Notes under the pieces: model-generated
The model's database searches: none
What the model was told of the DNA's origin: nothing
What the model saw: the letters and a program-made list of their open reading frames with translations, nothing else
From: Caedibacter taeniospiralis
GTDB lineage: Bacteria > Pseudomonadota > Gammaproteobacteria > Francisellales > Francisellaceae
Direction of reading: 5' to 3'
Length of the DNA stretch: 32,000 nt
NCBI RefSeq assembly: GCF_002803295.2
Contig: NZ_PGGB02000007.1
Span: 57,414 to 89,413 of the forward strand
Program-made: the position numbers and the translations under genes
In this document: piece by piece, positions 19,591 to 27,993 of the stretch
Layout: each line of letters opens with the position of its first letter
How positions within the stretch are numbered: the first letter of the stretch is position 1

Positions 19591-20439
19591 CTATTTAAGA
19601 AGCACTCGAATTTCTGTCAAAAGTTCTGTTTCAGCTACCTCATGATCAAAATTGTAATAACAGAATATGCAAGGTAGATCACCTAACTCTTCGCCTGACT
19701 GCGGCAACCAATCGCGATAGAGACCATAAATCGTATCTCCAATATTATCACGAGAACCTTTATGCGTAGTGACAGCATACCTCCCAGCAGGTAGCGTTTT
19801 TTCGATAACCTGATTATTCAATTTAAACTCTTGGGGGACGCTAAGCGCCAAATCAAAACGAAACTCTTCTGGTTTTACTTCTTTTGGGTCATGATAGCCA
19901 AAACCAAAAGCTTCTCCTGGTTTTGGTTTTAGGTTAATTGACTGTGCCTTTACCCACGTCATGAGCTTATCAAGCGTGTCGGATAATCTCACGGGATCTC
20001 CATGATGCTCCATCACAGCAACTCTTTTAGCTGGTAGTTTTTTAATCGTTATTGTCATAATTTTTTCACCTTTGATATGTAATGGCTGTGGCGGATTTTC
20101 AAATCTTTCCCAATTAGCCTTACACCTAAACTCGCTTGGGCTTTGCCCGCAAACTTGTTTAAAAGCACGACTAAATGCTTCATGGGACTCAAATCCAGCA
20201 TCTACAGCAATGTTAATAATTGTTGCCTCTTTATGCACAATCAATTGGTGGGCCGCGCGTTTAAGCCTTAGCCACTTGATATAGCCCATGAGAGGTAACC
20301 CTGTATAAACTGTAAACAACCGATGAAAGTGATATTTTGAGAAGCAAGCGATACGGCAAAGCTCATCCAGCTCAAGCTCTTCATCAAGATGCTTGCCTAT
20401 GAAATCAATCACTCTGTCGACTCGTTCTTTGTAACTCAT
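19591..20439 (-). CDS. AraC-family transcriptional regulator with GyrI-like effector-binding domain
   Basis: HLDEELELDELCRIACFSKYHFHRLF...AFKQVCGQSPSEFR, then ITIKKLPAKRVAVMEHHGDP...YAVTTHKG. Confidence 0.93.
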   Translation of the reverse strand: MSYKERVDRVIDFIGKHLDEELELDELCRIACFSKYHFHRLFTVYTGLPLMGYIKWLRLKRAAHQLIVHKEATIINIAVDAGFESHEAFSRAFKQVCGQSPSEFRCKANWERFENPPQPLHIKGEKIMTITIKKLPAKRVAVMEHHGDPVRLSDTLDKLMTWVKAQSINLKPKPGEAFGFGYHDPKEVKPEEFRFDLALSVPQEFKLNNQVIEKTLPAGRYAVTTHKGSRDNIGDTIYGLYRDWLPQSGEELGDLPCIFCYYNFDHEVAETELLTEIRVLLK

Positions 20440-20617
20440 AATATCCTGTACTTCAGTTGTAACCGTCTACATGGATAAAAATACGACGTTTATGTTTTTT
20501 ATGCTTGACCACCATTGCTAATCTTCATTCAGTTATACTGCCATATGTAAAAATGTAAGTAACCTCAGTTCGGAGTTACGGTTCATAAAACACTCAATCT
20601 TTTTTGCCCAACAATAG

Positions 20618-20708
20618 TAGTAGGGTGGATAAGCCGCAGGCGCATCCACGCGGAAAAGCAAACAGGTTAAGTATTGGTGGATGCGCCTGCGGCTTATCCA
20701 CCCTACTA
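20618..20708. repeat. REP/REPIN-like inverted repeat with 32-bp perfect arms and 27-nt spacer
   Basis: Left arm 20618..20649 tagtagggtggataagccgcaggcgcatccac is the exact reverse complement of 20677..20708. Confidence 0.9.
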
Positions 20709-20914
20709 AGTTTCTGCACGTAAGATGCGCTAATTCGAGCATTTTTAAGTGCCCACTAACTCAGCAACTCTTGAAAAGACGATGCTTTGGCAAGATTTTT
20801 ATGTCGAACTCACGTTAAGTAACTTGCGAAAAAAAGCATAAGCATCTTCGGATGGATTAGGATTGCTTAAATCGTAAACCTCCATGCAAAGACTGAAGAT
20901 AGGTATCTAAAGTT

Positions 20915-21397
20915 TTATCCATTCATAACCTCATCAATAATTCGTTTTTGTAAGCCAGCTTCAGGGCTATTCTTATATGTTATCTGACAAAGCTCAAATG
21001 TTGCTTTCCAAAGTGCCCAGGCACGTGCACGAAGCCATGTATCAGTATCCATATCCATTTCAGAAATAAAAATCTTACGTGCTTTACCGCTCAAATACGT
21101 CCAGGCAATTACTAAGTCACAGGCAGGATCGCCAACGGCAGCGCCGCCAAAGTCAATGACTGCTGATAGTTTTCCACCATCCATCAGTATATTGCCAATC
21201 GCAAAATCCCCATGAATCCATATGGGCGCCTTATTCCATCTCGTCGCATACGCCTGATCCCATAAAGCTAATGCTTTGCCTGCATCTATAATCTCAGCTA
21301 GCTCTGCGATCTGTTCTCGCGCTCCTTTATCGTAAACGCTGACATGATCACCGCGCCACCAGTTATGCTGACCAGGCTCAGATTTTTTGTCATTCAA
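20915..21397 (-). pseudogene. N-terminally truncated aminoglycoside phosphotransferase (APH)-family kinase remnant
   Basis: IWIHGDFAIGNILMDGGKLSAVIDFGGAAVGDPACDLVIAW is the APH catalytic core. The N-terminal lobe is absent: the ORF starts inside GQHNWWRGDHVSVYD. Confidence 0.75.
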
Positions 21398-21533
21398 TCA
21401 ATTTTTCCTTATGCTCATAAACACGACGAGATAAATTGCTTGTCACACCAAATATAAAGAGTACCATTTCTTTTAGAAGCCAGAATATATACCCAACAGC
21501 GTTTCATTTACTACCTTTTCCATATTGTTCTGG

Positions 21534-21553
21534 ATTCCCGCATGCGCGGGAAT
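21534..21553. repeat. dRS3-like 20-mer attcccgcatgcgcgggaat
   Basis: ATTCCC-N8-GGGAAT palindrome. The surrounding frame encodes the widely seen VIPAHAGIQ repeat peptide. Confidence 0.8.
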
Positions 21554-21660
21554 GACGATAAAGCGAGGCACGCCTTTGTTTCTCAACATCAACGATAGGC
21601 AAGTCGCTGAATTTATGAGTTTGCGCGCAAGATCAAGAGTTGGCATAATCGATTTGTCGT

Positions 21661-22128
21661 TCATAACTCTACCTCCATCACCGTCACAGGATGAGATTTA
21701 AATTCATCCATACCGATTTTCCTCCATCCAAGACGTTCGTAGTACTCTGGTATCGTGAGATCAAAAGCAAACAAGTACAGTTTTTCAAAGCCAAGCTCTT
21801 TTGCTTTCTGCACAGCCACATCAATCAGCATCCTGCCAATGCCTTGCTTTTGATGTTTTGGATCGAGGACAAGTGAACCGAGCCAAGGAGTAAGATCTGA
21901 ACGAATGCCATCATTTTCACGCAAAGAGCACATGCCAACCGGTAAATCGCCACCTAATGCAATAAAAGTGATTGGTAAAGCTTGATCATTCAAGTGATCT
22001 GCAAACCTTGTGATAACACGTTCAACGGGTACCTCAGGAACCCAGATTTTACCCAATACTTCATGCCAAATATGAGTGAGTGCTGGGATAGCGTCTGTAT
22101 GCTTTTTAATCATGTCAATTTTGATCAT
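21661..22128 (-). CDS. GNAT family N-acetyltransferase
   Basis: DLPVGMCSLREND...WLGSLVLDPKHQKQGIGRMLIDVAVQKAKELGFEKLYLFAFDLTIPEYYERLGW. Confidence 0.9.
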   Translation of the reverse strand: MIKIDMIKKHTDAIPALTHIWHEVLGKIWVPEVPVERVITRFADHLNDQALPITFIALGGDLPVGMCSLRENDGIRSDLTPWLGSLVLDPKHQKQGIGRMLIDVAVQKAKELGFEKLYLFAFDLTIPEYYERLGWRKIGMDEFKSHPVTVMEVEL

Positions 22129-22193
22129 AATTTACCTTCGATAGTTTTTATGGCTTCAGGTGGGGACTCTTGTAATCATAGTGATCCGTTCCA

Positions 22194-22478
22194 TTATTCC
22201 TCTTTCAACTGCCTTAAATATTCTTTTGTCGCTTTACGACTGGGGTAAAGCGTTTTTAGAAAAAACACATCCTCTGTGTCTTTAACATACGGAACACAAT
22301 AAACGGTACCCAAACACAAAATACGCATAACGCGCTGATGTGGATATCGTGTTTGATTAGTGTGCATAACAATATCAATGATGTTACCTTTTTCAATTTC
22401 AGTAATCATCTCGGCAAATCCAATCCCTCTTTGTTCAAGCAACCACGAATTTTTTTCCTCGCTATACTTAAATTTCAT
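22194..22478 (-). CDS. Small toxin-like protein (BrnT/DUF4258-like)
   Basis: KFKYSEEKNSWLLEQRGIGFAEMITEIEKGNIIDIV...RYPHQRVMR...YCVPYVKD...FFLKTLYPSRKATKEYL; begins 4 nt after the antitoxin-like ORF. Confidence 0.72.
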   Translation of the reverse strand: MKFKYSEEKNSWLLEQRGIGFAEMITEIEKGNIIDIVMHTNQTRYPHQRVMRILCLGTVYCVPYVKDTEDVFFLKTLYPSRKATKEYLRQLKEE

Positions 22479-22482
22479 CAGA

Positions 22483-22746
22483 TTACCATCCCGTGATCGC
22501 GTCTTTATGAAGCACCATGTTGATATAAGTTTGATACGGTATACCTAGCTTAGAAGCTTTAATTTGCATTGCTTCCAAATCGGCTTCATGAATTCTAATG
22601 GTCACCAATTTTTTAGTTTTCATATAACGTTTGGCAGCTTTTTTCAACAACGTTATCTCAGCTTCCATATCTGGAATTGGCTGCATAGATTCAAGATTAT
22701 TTTCAATCTCTTGCTCAAATTCATCGAGCGAAACTTTTTTTCTCAT
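22483..22746 (-). CDS. Antitoxin-like protein (CopG/ribbon-helix-helix type)
   Basis: MRKKVSLDEFEQEIENNLESM...LVTIRIHEADLEAMQIKASKLGIPYQTYINMVLHK; start at MRKK (ORF extends to 22764). Confidence 0.78.
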   Translation of the reverse strand: MRKKVSLDEFEQEIENNLESMQPIPDMEAEITLLKKAAKRYMKTKKLVTIRIHEADLEAMQIKASKLGIPYQTYINMVLHKDAITGW

Positions 22747-22917
22747 AAAACCTCCTATGATCATTTGAGAAGATAAAAAAGGAATAAGGAGGTTGTATTA
22801 TATTAGGAATACTTTGTCAATACAGAATCAAATAATTGTAGAGAGTAAATAAACTGCCCTAAGTAAGAACACATGAATTGTCCTGTCTAAACTAGTTCAT
22901 AAACCAACCTCATCACC

Positions 22918-24063
22918 CTATATAGAATTAGCTTTTAATTTATCCATTTTGACTGTGCCTGTTTTATAAAACCGATATTCAACTTCGTCCAAGATCTGAC
23001 CAGATTCGCTTTTCTTAATATATTCAGCCTCTACTTTCCCTCCCAATTTTTCTGCAAGCGCTCTGCTGGCAAAATTATTTTTTTCAACGGGGTATTTTAA
23101 GTAATTAAATGATAGATTTTCCTCTGCCCAATCTTTTAATAATGACAATGCTTCAAATCCATAACCTTGACCGTGAGCTTCTTCTTTAAGCCAAATCCCC
23201 ATTTCTGGAGTGGCTGTATTTAACGCATGGATTGCAATGTAGCCTACAAACTCTTGCGACTCTTTTTTCAAAACAAGCAATGCTAATTCCTCTCCCTTAG
23301 ACATCGCTTGTTGCTGCTCTAAAATATGTTGATTAATTTGCGCCTGCGTTTTAGGAGCGCTTGACCACATCCACCTTGTGATTTTGGCTGTAAAATTTTT
23401 ACAGATATCTTCGGCATATTCCATGCTCAGGGTTTCTAGCAACAATTTTTCTCCTGTTAGCTGTACTCCATTGAGATCACCTATCGCAAGGATGATTGGT
23501 TCAATTTTTTTGATGAGTAAGTGATGTAATTTGCCACTCCCGCTACAATCTCCATCCATCACAAAGTCAGCAATATACTCAAAACCTGCTTTCATGTAAA
23601 CGTGCCTTGCTCTTGGGTTATCGGCTGCTGGGTCTATGATGAATGTATCTGCGGATACGTCGAATTCTCTTCTGAAGAAATCAAGAAACTCTGATAACGT
23701 TTTGGCACCATAGCCTCTGCCAAAATAGTGTTTATCCCCGATCATGTAATCGATACCATGCGTATTACCAGTTTTTGAAAGGTGGTTTAATTTGATGCCA
23801 CCCTCATGATCTTCTGCTGTTTCTTGGATCGTCATTAGCATGGCAAACGGATGAGCATTACAGCTTGCTATCCAGTAAACATATTTGCCATCACAATAAT
23901 TTGAAGGTTCTCTTCGACCATTAACAAAACTTAAAATATCGTCTTTATGACCTTGTGTATTATCCCAAAATTCCTGAATAAAAGGTTCAGAAAGCCAGTC
24001 AAATATAATGTCAACGTGACTTACGCTGGCTTTTTCAAAATGGATTTCAGGCAGTTTACTCAT
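22918..24063 (-). CDS. Tandem GNAT-domain acetyltransferase (AAC(6')-like domain plus RimJ/L-like domain)
   Basis: Domain 1 MIGDKHYFGRGYGAKTLSEFLDFF...FIIDPAADNPRARHVYMKAGFEYI; domain 2 EMGIWLKEEAHGQGYGFEALSLLKDWAEE...FASRALAEKLGG. Start at MSKLPEIHF (ORF to 24168). Confidence 0.88.
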   Translation of the reverse strand: MSKLPEIHFEKASVSHVDIIFDWLSEPFIQEFWDNTQGHKDDILSFVNGRREPSNYCDGKYVYWIASCNAHPFAMLMTIQETAEDHEGGIKLNHLSKTGNTHGIDYMIGDKHYFGRGYGAKTLSEFLDFFRREFDVSADTFIIDPAADNPRARHVYMKAGFEYIADFVMDGDCSGSGKLHHLLIKKIEPIILAIGDLNGVQLTGEKLLLETLSMEYAEDICKNFTAKITRWMWSSAPKTQAQINQHILEQQQAMSKGEELALLVLKKESQEFVGYIAIHALNTATPEMGIWLKEEAHGQGYGFEALSLLKDWAEENLSFNYLKYPVEKNNFASRALAEKLGGKVEAEYIKKSESGQILDEVEYRFYKTGTVKMDKLKANSI

Positions 24064-25093
24064 CCTCACCACCCAAGTCTTTTGCAAGCTCAGCTTCAAG
24101 TTCTTCGATTGTTGGTAATGCGGTTTTGAGATTTTCTGGTAGTGCATCTTCAAGCCTATATTCAGCAAGACCTATTGGTTTTGTCATGTCACGCAAGGCA
24201 TATTCTGCAAGAACATTATTTTTACTTTTACACAGAATCAGCCCTATAGAGGGTTGATCTGTTTCGTGCTTTACAAGATCATCAACAGCGGAAAGATAGA
24301 AATTCATTTTGCCTGCATATTCTGGCTTGAACTTCCCAGATTTTAGCTCGATCACCACAAAACAGCGTAGCTTGATGTGGTAAAACAGGAGGTCAATGTA
24401 AAAATCTTGATCTTCAATTTGAAGGTGGTATTGCCTGCCTAAAAACGCAAAACCTTCACCAAGCTCAAGGAGGAATTTCTCAATATGGGCTACTAATCCT
24501 TTTTCTACCTCACGTTCGTGGGCATTTTTTCCAAGGCTCAAGAAATCAAAGAGATATGGATTTTTTAAGGTGGCTTGTGCTAAATCAGACTGCCGCATAG
24601 GCAATTTATCTTGAAAATTTGTCACCGCATTGCCTTGGCGTTTAAATAAGTTTGTTTCAATTTGCATTGATAGCACATTGCGAGACCACCCATTTTGCAG
24701 AGTGCCTTTAATATAAAAATGTCGCTCGGTTTTGCCTGATATAGCGTATATCAAGGTTACAATATGACCCCAAGGTATTTGGTCAACAGCCTGTTGACCA
24801 ATTTCCTCTGCCTTATATTCCTCGGCGAATTTGCGCATATATTTCAGATTTTGGGGGCTAAAGCCTTTCATATCAGGAAACTCAGAGCGTAAATCTCTTG
24901 ATAATTGCTCAATGACCTTGGTTCCCCAGCCTTGCCTGCCTTGGGCTTCAAGTATTTGCGTGCCTATGTGATGATAAAGCAGAATAAGCTCTTTATTGAC
25001 GCTAAGCGCCGCTTTATATCTTGACGCTGCAACACGATTTTTTAGATCGGCAAGAAACGTATTGTATTCTTGGGTGGTAATGTTTTTAGTCAC
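24056..25093 (-). CDS. PDDEXK nuclease domain-containing protein (YhcG / DUF1016 family)
   Basis: ELILLYHHIGTQILEAQGRQGWGTKVIEQLSRDLRSEFPDMKGFSPQNLKYM; FYIDLLFYHIKLRCFVVIELKSGKFKPEYAGKMNFYLSAVDD. Proposed GTG start overlaps the upstream TGA (GTGA). Confidence 0.92.
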   Translation of the reverse strand: MTKNITTQEYNTFLADLKNRVAASRYKAALSVNKELILLYHHIGTQILEAQGRQGWGTKVIEQLSRDLRSEFPDMKGFSPQNLKYMRKFAEEYKAEEIGQQAVDQIPWGHIVTLIYAISGKTERHFYIKGTLQNGWSRNVLSMQIETNLFKRQGNAVTNFQDKLPMRQSDLAQATLKNPYLFDFLSLGKNAHEREVEKGLVAHIEKFLLELGEGFAFLGRQYHLQIEDQDFYIDLLFYHIKLRCFVVIELKSGKFKPEYAGKMNFYLSAVDDLVKHETDQPSIGLILCKSKNNVLAEYALRDMTKPIGLAEYRLEDALPENLKTALPTIEELEAELAKDLGGEDE

Positions 25094-25944
25094 TCCTTGT
25101 CTCCATCGATTACAGTGCCTTGGTGATAGAGAATTTTCCAAGCACCATTTACTCTTCGCCAAATCGTTGATCTTCTGGTCATTCTTGTTTTGTTTTGAAT
25201 AAGAACGTAGGTGAGCAAATAATTATCTGCGGCAATTTGGGTGAGGGTAAAGTCTTTTGCTTCCCAAATATCTTGATACTCTCGTTCACTATAACGCTTA
25301 AGCAGAGTATCTATGACATCTTTTTTGGTGTAGACATTACCTGATGCACCAACCTCCCAAAATTCATCACACATTTGAGCTTCAATATCTTGTTTTGTCT
25401 TCCCAAGTTTTTCAGGATGATGAAAAATCGGTTCTCTTGATTTGAGTTCTTCCAATACCGCCCCATGATGAGAAGTAAACTCTTCATCAAAAAACTTTTG
25501 AAACGTTACTCCATTAAGATCAGACTCATAAAACTGAGGCATAATGTAGGCTTCAGTAAAACCGACTGAGGTGTAAAATTTTCTGCCCTCAACATTATCA
25601 ACAGGGGTGTCAACGTAAATGCCCCGTTGTTGCCTGTTTTTAGAAGAAAGCTTCACTTGCTCAACAAGGTTTTTAGCAATCCCTAGTCTTCTGGAATCAG
25701 GACGCACAACAAGACCCTGTAATTGTGTCAACGTATTCCAAGTATGATGTTCAGCCTGAATAAAGCCAACGACAACTTGTTCGTGAATGGCGACAAACAC
25801 TTCTCCTGTTTGACTGCGAAAAAGCTTTTGCATCCCTATTAATTGCCCCTGCACATACTGATCAGCCCAGCCGATGATTTTCAGAAGGTTCTCAACAGAG
25901 ATGGCGTCTTTTTCTTCAAAAGACCTGATGACAACACCTTTCAT
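25090..25944 (-). CDS. GNAT acetyltransferase fused to a SnoaL/DUF4440-like domain
   Basis: GLVVRPDSRRLGIAKNLVEQV...VEGRKFYTSVGF, then IEAQMCDEFWEVGASGNVYTKKDVIDTL...LTYVLIQNKTRMTRRSTIWRRVNGAWKILYHQGT. Start at MKGVVIRSF. Confidence 0.82.
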   Translation of the reverse strand: MKGVVIRSFEEKDAISVENLLKIIGWADQYVQGQLIGMQKLFRSQTGEVFVAIHEQVVVGFIQAEHHTWNTLTQLQGLVVRPDSRRLGIAKNLVEQVKLSSKNRQQRGIYVDTPVDNVEGRKFYTSVGFTEAYIMPQFYESDLNGVTFQKFFDEEFTSHHGAVLEELKSREPIFHHPEKLGKTKQDIEAQMCDEFWEVGASGNVYTKKDVIDTLLKRYSEREYQDIWEAKDFTLTQIAADNYLLTYVLIQNKTRMTRRSTIWRRVNGAWKILYHQGTVIDGDKE

Positions 25945-26876
25945 ATCGCCTTCCTCATCAAATAGCAGGTCAGATCGTATTTCCAATTTGGAATAACAGC
26001 CACTTCTTCAAACCCACATTTTTTGAAAAACTGACAGGCTTTGGGGAAATAAGTGTTTAGCTGAATTTCACGAAGATTATGCGCTTTACCGAGCTCTAAT
26101 AATTTGATTATGAGCTCTCTACCCAGCCCTTTGTTTTGCAATCTTTCTTCAACATAAATAGAATCGAGCCATAATATTTTTCCATGAATATAAGCGATAG
26201 CACCTGCGACGATTTTGTCATCTTGTTTGGTGTAAATATTATGTTTTTTAAAATCTTCTTCGATACTGGTTAAATCTTTGCATGTGTTTATCAAAGCTTT
26301 AGATGATTTTTCATCAAAAATTTGGTTTGGATCGTATGTAAAATAAAGAGGAAGTAATTGCTTAATCATCCAAGTGGTAGATTGTGTTTTAAATTGCTCA
26401 AATACTTCAAACCCCGCCTTTGTAAAGGCTTTAATTGCGCTTAGGTTATCTGTCGCTGGATCAATAAGACACCAATCAAAATGGGAGGTTAATACCTGTC
26501 TCCCAAATTCATTTAAAATTTTCGCTCCCCATCCTTTGTGTAGGAATGGTGACTCTCCAATGAATAAATCTATGCCGCATATAGATCCAGAAATAGCGCT
26601 TAAGTCTACGTTATTTTCTTGAGCGAAATCACGGGCATTATAAGACTGTATGTAACCTATCATTTCTTCGCCTGAGCACATGATATAAGCGTATGTTTTG
26701 TGATCTGAACTTTTTAAAAGAGGTTTACTGTGGATGTGTTTCCCAAATTTTTCTTTCACCAAATCTATCGTATACCTCACATCCTGATCCCACCATTTTT
26801 TGACGTGAGGCGTCTCTAGCCACTTTAGAAGTAGTGGAAAATGTGATTCAGCTAAGGGAGTAAAAGTAATTTTCAT
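25941..26876 (-). CDS. Tandem GNAT-domain acetyltransferase (AAC(6')-like plus generic GNAT)
   Basis: KKWWDQDVRYTIDLVKEKFG...FIGESPFLHKGWGAKILNEF...LIDPATDNLSAIKAFTKAGF; second domain LDSIYVEERLQNKGLGRELIIKLLELG...ACQFFKKCGFEE. Confidence 0.88.
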   Translation of the reverse strand: MKITFTPLAESHFPLLLKWLETPHVKKWWDQDVRYTIDLVKEKFGKHIHSKPLLKSSDHKTYAYIMCSGEEMIGYIQSYNARDFAQENNVDLSAISGSICGIDLFIGESPFLHKGWGAKILNEFGRQVLTSHFDWCLIDPATDNLSAIKAFTKAGFEVFEQFKTQSTTWMIKQLLPLYFTYDPNQIFDEKSSKALINTCKDLTSIEEDFKKHNIYTKQDDKIVAGAIAYIHGKILWLDSIYVEERLQNKGLGRELIIKLLELGKAHNLREIQLNTYFPKACQFFKKCGFEEVAVIPNWKYDLTCYLMRKAI

Positions 26877-26954
26877 AGCATATCAATCTCTATAATGCTT
26901 GGTTTCAGCAAAGTCCTCGACAAAAGTGTGACCGCACAGCATACTCTACACGCT

Positions 26955-27659
26955 TCAGATGCTTCCACCACCATCAATGAATAAAGTCTGACCCGTAATA
27001 AATCCAGATTTTTCATTAAGGAAAAACTCAATGGCATAGGCAATTTCATCTGGTTCCCCAACACGACCAAGCGGAATCCCAGACATCACATGCTTTTCTC
27101 GTTCACCTCCCTTAGGATGGTTTGTGAAAAATTGATCAGTATTGATAGGACCAGGCGCAATTGCATTAACGGTAATCCCGTCTTTGGCCAATTCTAGAGC
27201 TAAAGTACGAGTCAATCCTATTACACCCGCTTTTGCTGTAGTATAACTAGAACAGCCAACTTTCCCCAATGCCGCTCGGCTAGCGATATTGAGAACGCGT
27301 CCCCAGCGCCTTTCTTTCATTCCTGGGGTGAATATCTTTGCTGCTTGTATAACAGGTCGTAAATTAATATCAAGTACAGAATAGAAATCAGTAAGCTCAA
27401 GTTCCTCCAGCAGTTGTGGTTTTGCAAATCCAACGTTATTAATAACCCCGTTGATACAGTGGTTGTGGAGAATTTTGTTAAAAATTAGGTCTGTCTCTTC
27501 AGCATTGCCTAAATCTGCTAAATAAAGTTCTCCAGGAAAGACACCATGAAATTTGTTTCTGGCAACCCCTACAACGTTATAACCAATACGATGAAGGTGG
27601 ATAGCTGTCGCCAGCCCAATTCCTTTGGTGCTCCCTGTGATTAGAATGGTTTTTTCCAT
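26955..27659 (-). CDS. Short-chain dehydrogenase/reductase family oxidoreductase
   Basis: MEKTILITGSTKGIGLATAIHL; NNVG; YTTAKAGVIGLTRTLALELAKDGITVNAIAPGPI; GFITGQTLFIDGGGSI. Confidence 0.95.
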   Translation of the reverse strand: MEKTILITGSTKGIGLATAIHLHRIGYNVVGVARNKFHGVFPGELYLADLGNAEETDLIFNKILHNHCINGVINNVGFAKPQLLEELELTDFYSVLDINLRPVIQAAKIFTPGMKERRWGRVLNIASRAALGKVGCSSYTTAKAGVIGLTRTLALELAKDGITVNAIAPGPINTDQFFTNHPKGGEREKHVMSGIPLGRVGEPDEIAYAIEFFLNEKSGFITGQTLFIDGGGSI

Positions 27660-27727
27660 TTTTTCATTTTCCTCTCTTATGTGCAGAAAGTTTAGTCATT
27701 AAAGTAATGCCATTAATATCTTAAATC

Positions 27728-27991
27728 AATGGCAACTACCTTAAAAGCTTAACTACCCCGCCTCGCAGGCCTGACCACTTTAAAGTGGTCAGGCAGGCTC
27801 GGCACCCCTTCACTAGTGAAGGGGAATTTTGGAAGCCATCGTAGCTTAATTCCCCTTCGTTAGCGAAGGGGGTGAAAAGCGCCCGAAAGAAGCAAACAGT
27901 TTTGCTTCTTTAGCTTTGAACGCCACAAGCTCTGCGCGTGAGGCTGACGGGGTAGTCTTGACACAGATAAATCATTAAGGTAGTTGCCATT
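27728..27991. repeat. MITE-like nested-palindrome element with 17-bp perfect terminal inverted repeats
   Basis: Arms 27728..27744 (aatggcaactaccttaa) and 27975..27991. Internal hairpins at 27769..27794, 27805..27824, 27852..27871 and 27886..27911. Confidence 0.8.
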
Positions 27992-27993
27992 TT

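Noticed and set aside
20533-20742. 69-aa ORF at 20533..20742
   Set aside because: Its sequence is mostly the REPIN-like inverted repeat; no start context.
21473-21664. 63-aa ORF containing VIPAHAGIQ
   Set aside because: This peptide is the well-known translation of the intergenic ATTCCCGC...GCGGGAAT repeat, not a real gene.
26873-27070. ORF 26873..27070
   Set aside because: Alternate frame across the 3' end of the SDR gene; no family resemblance.
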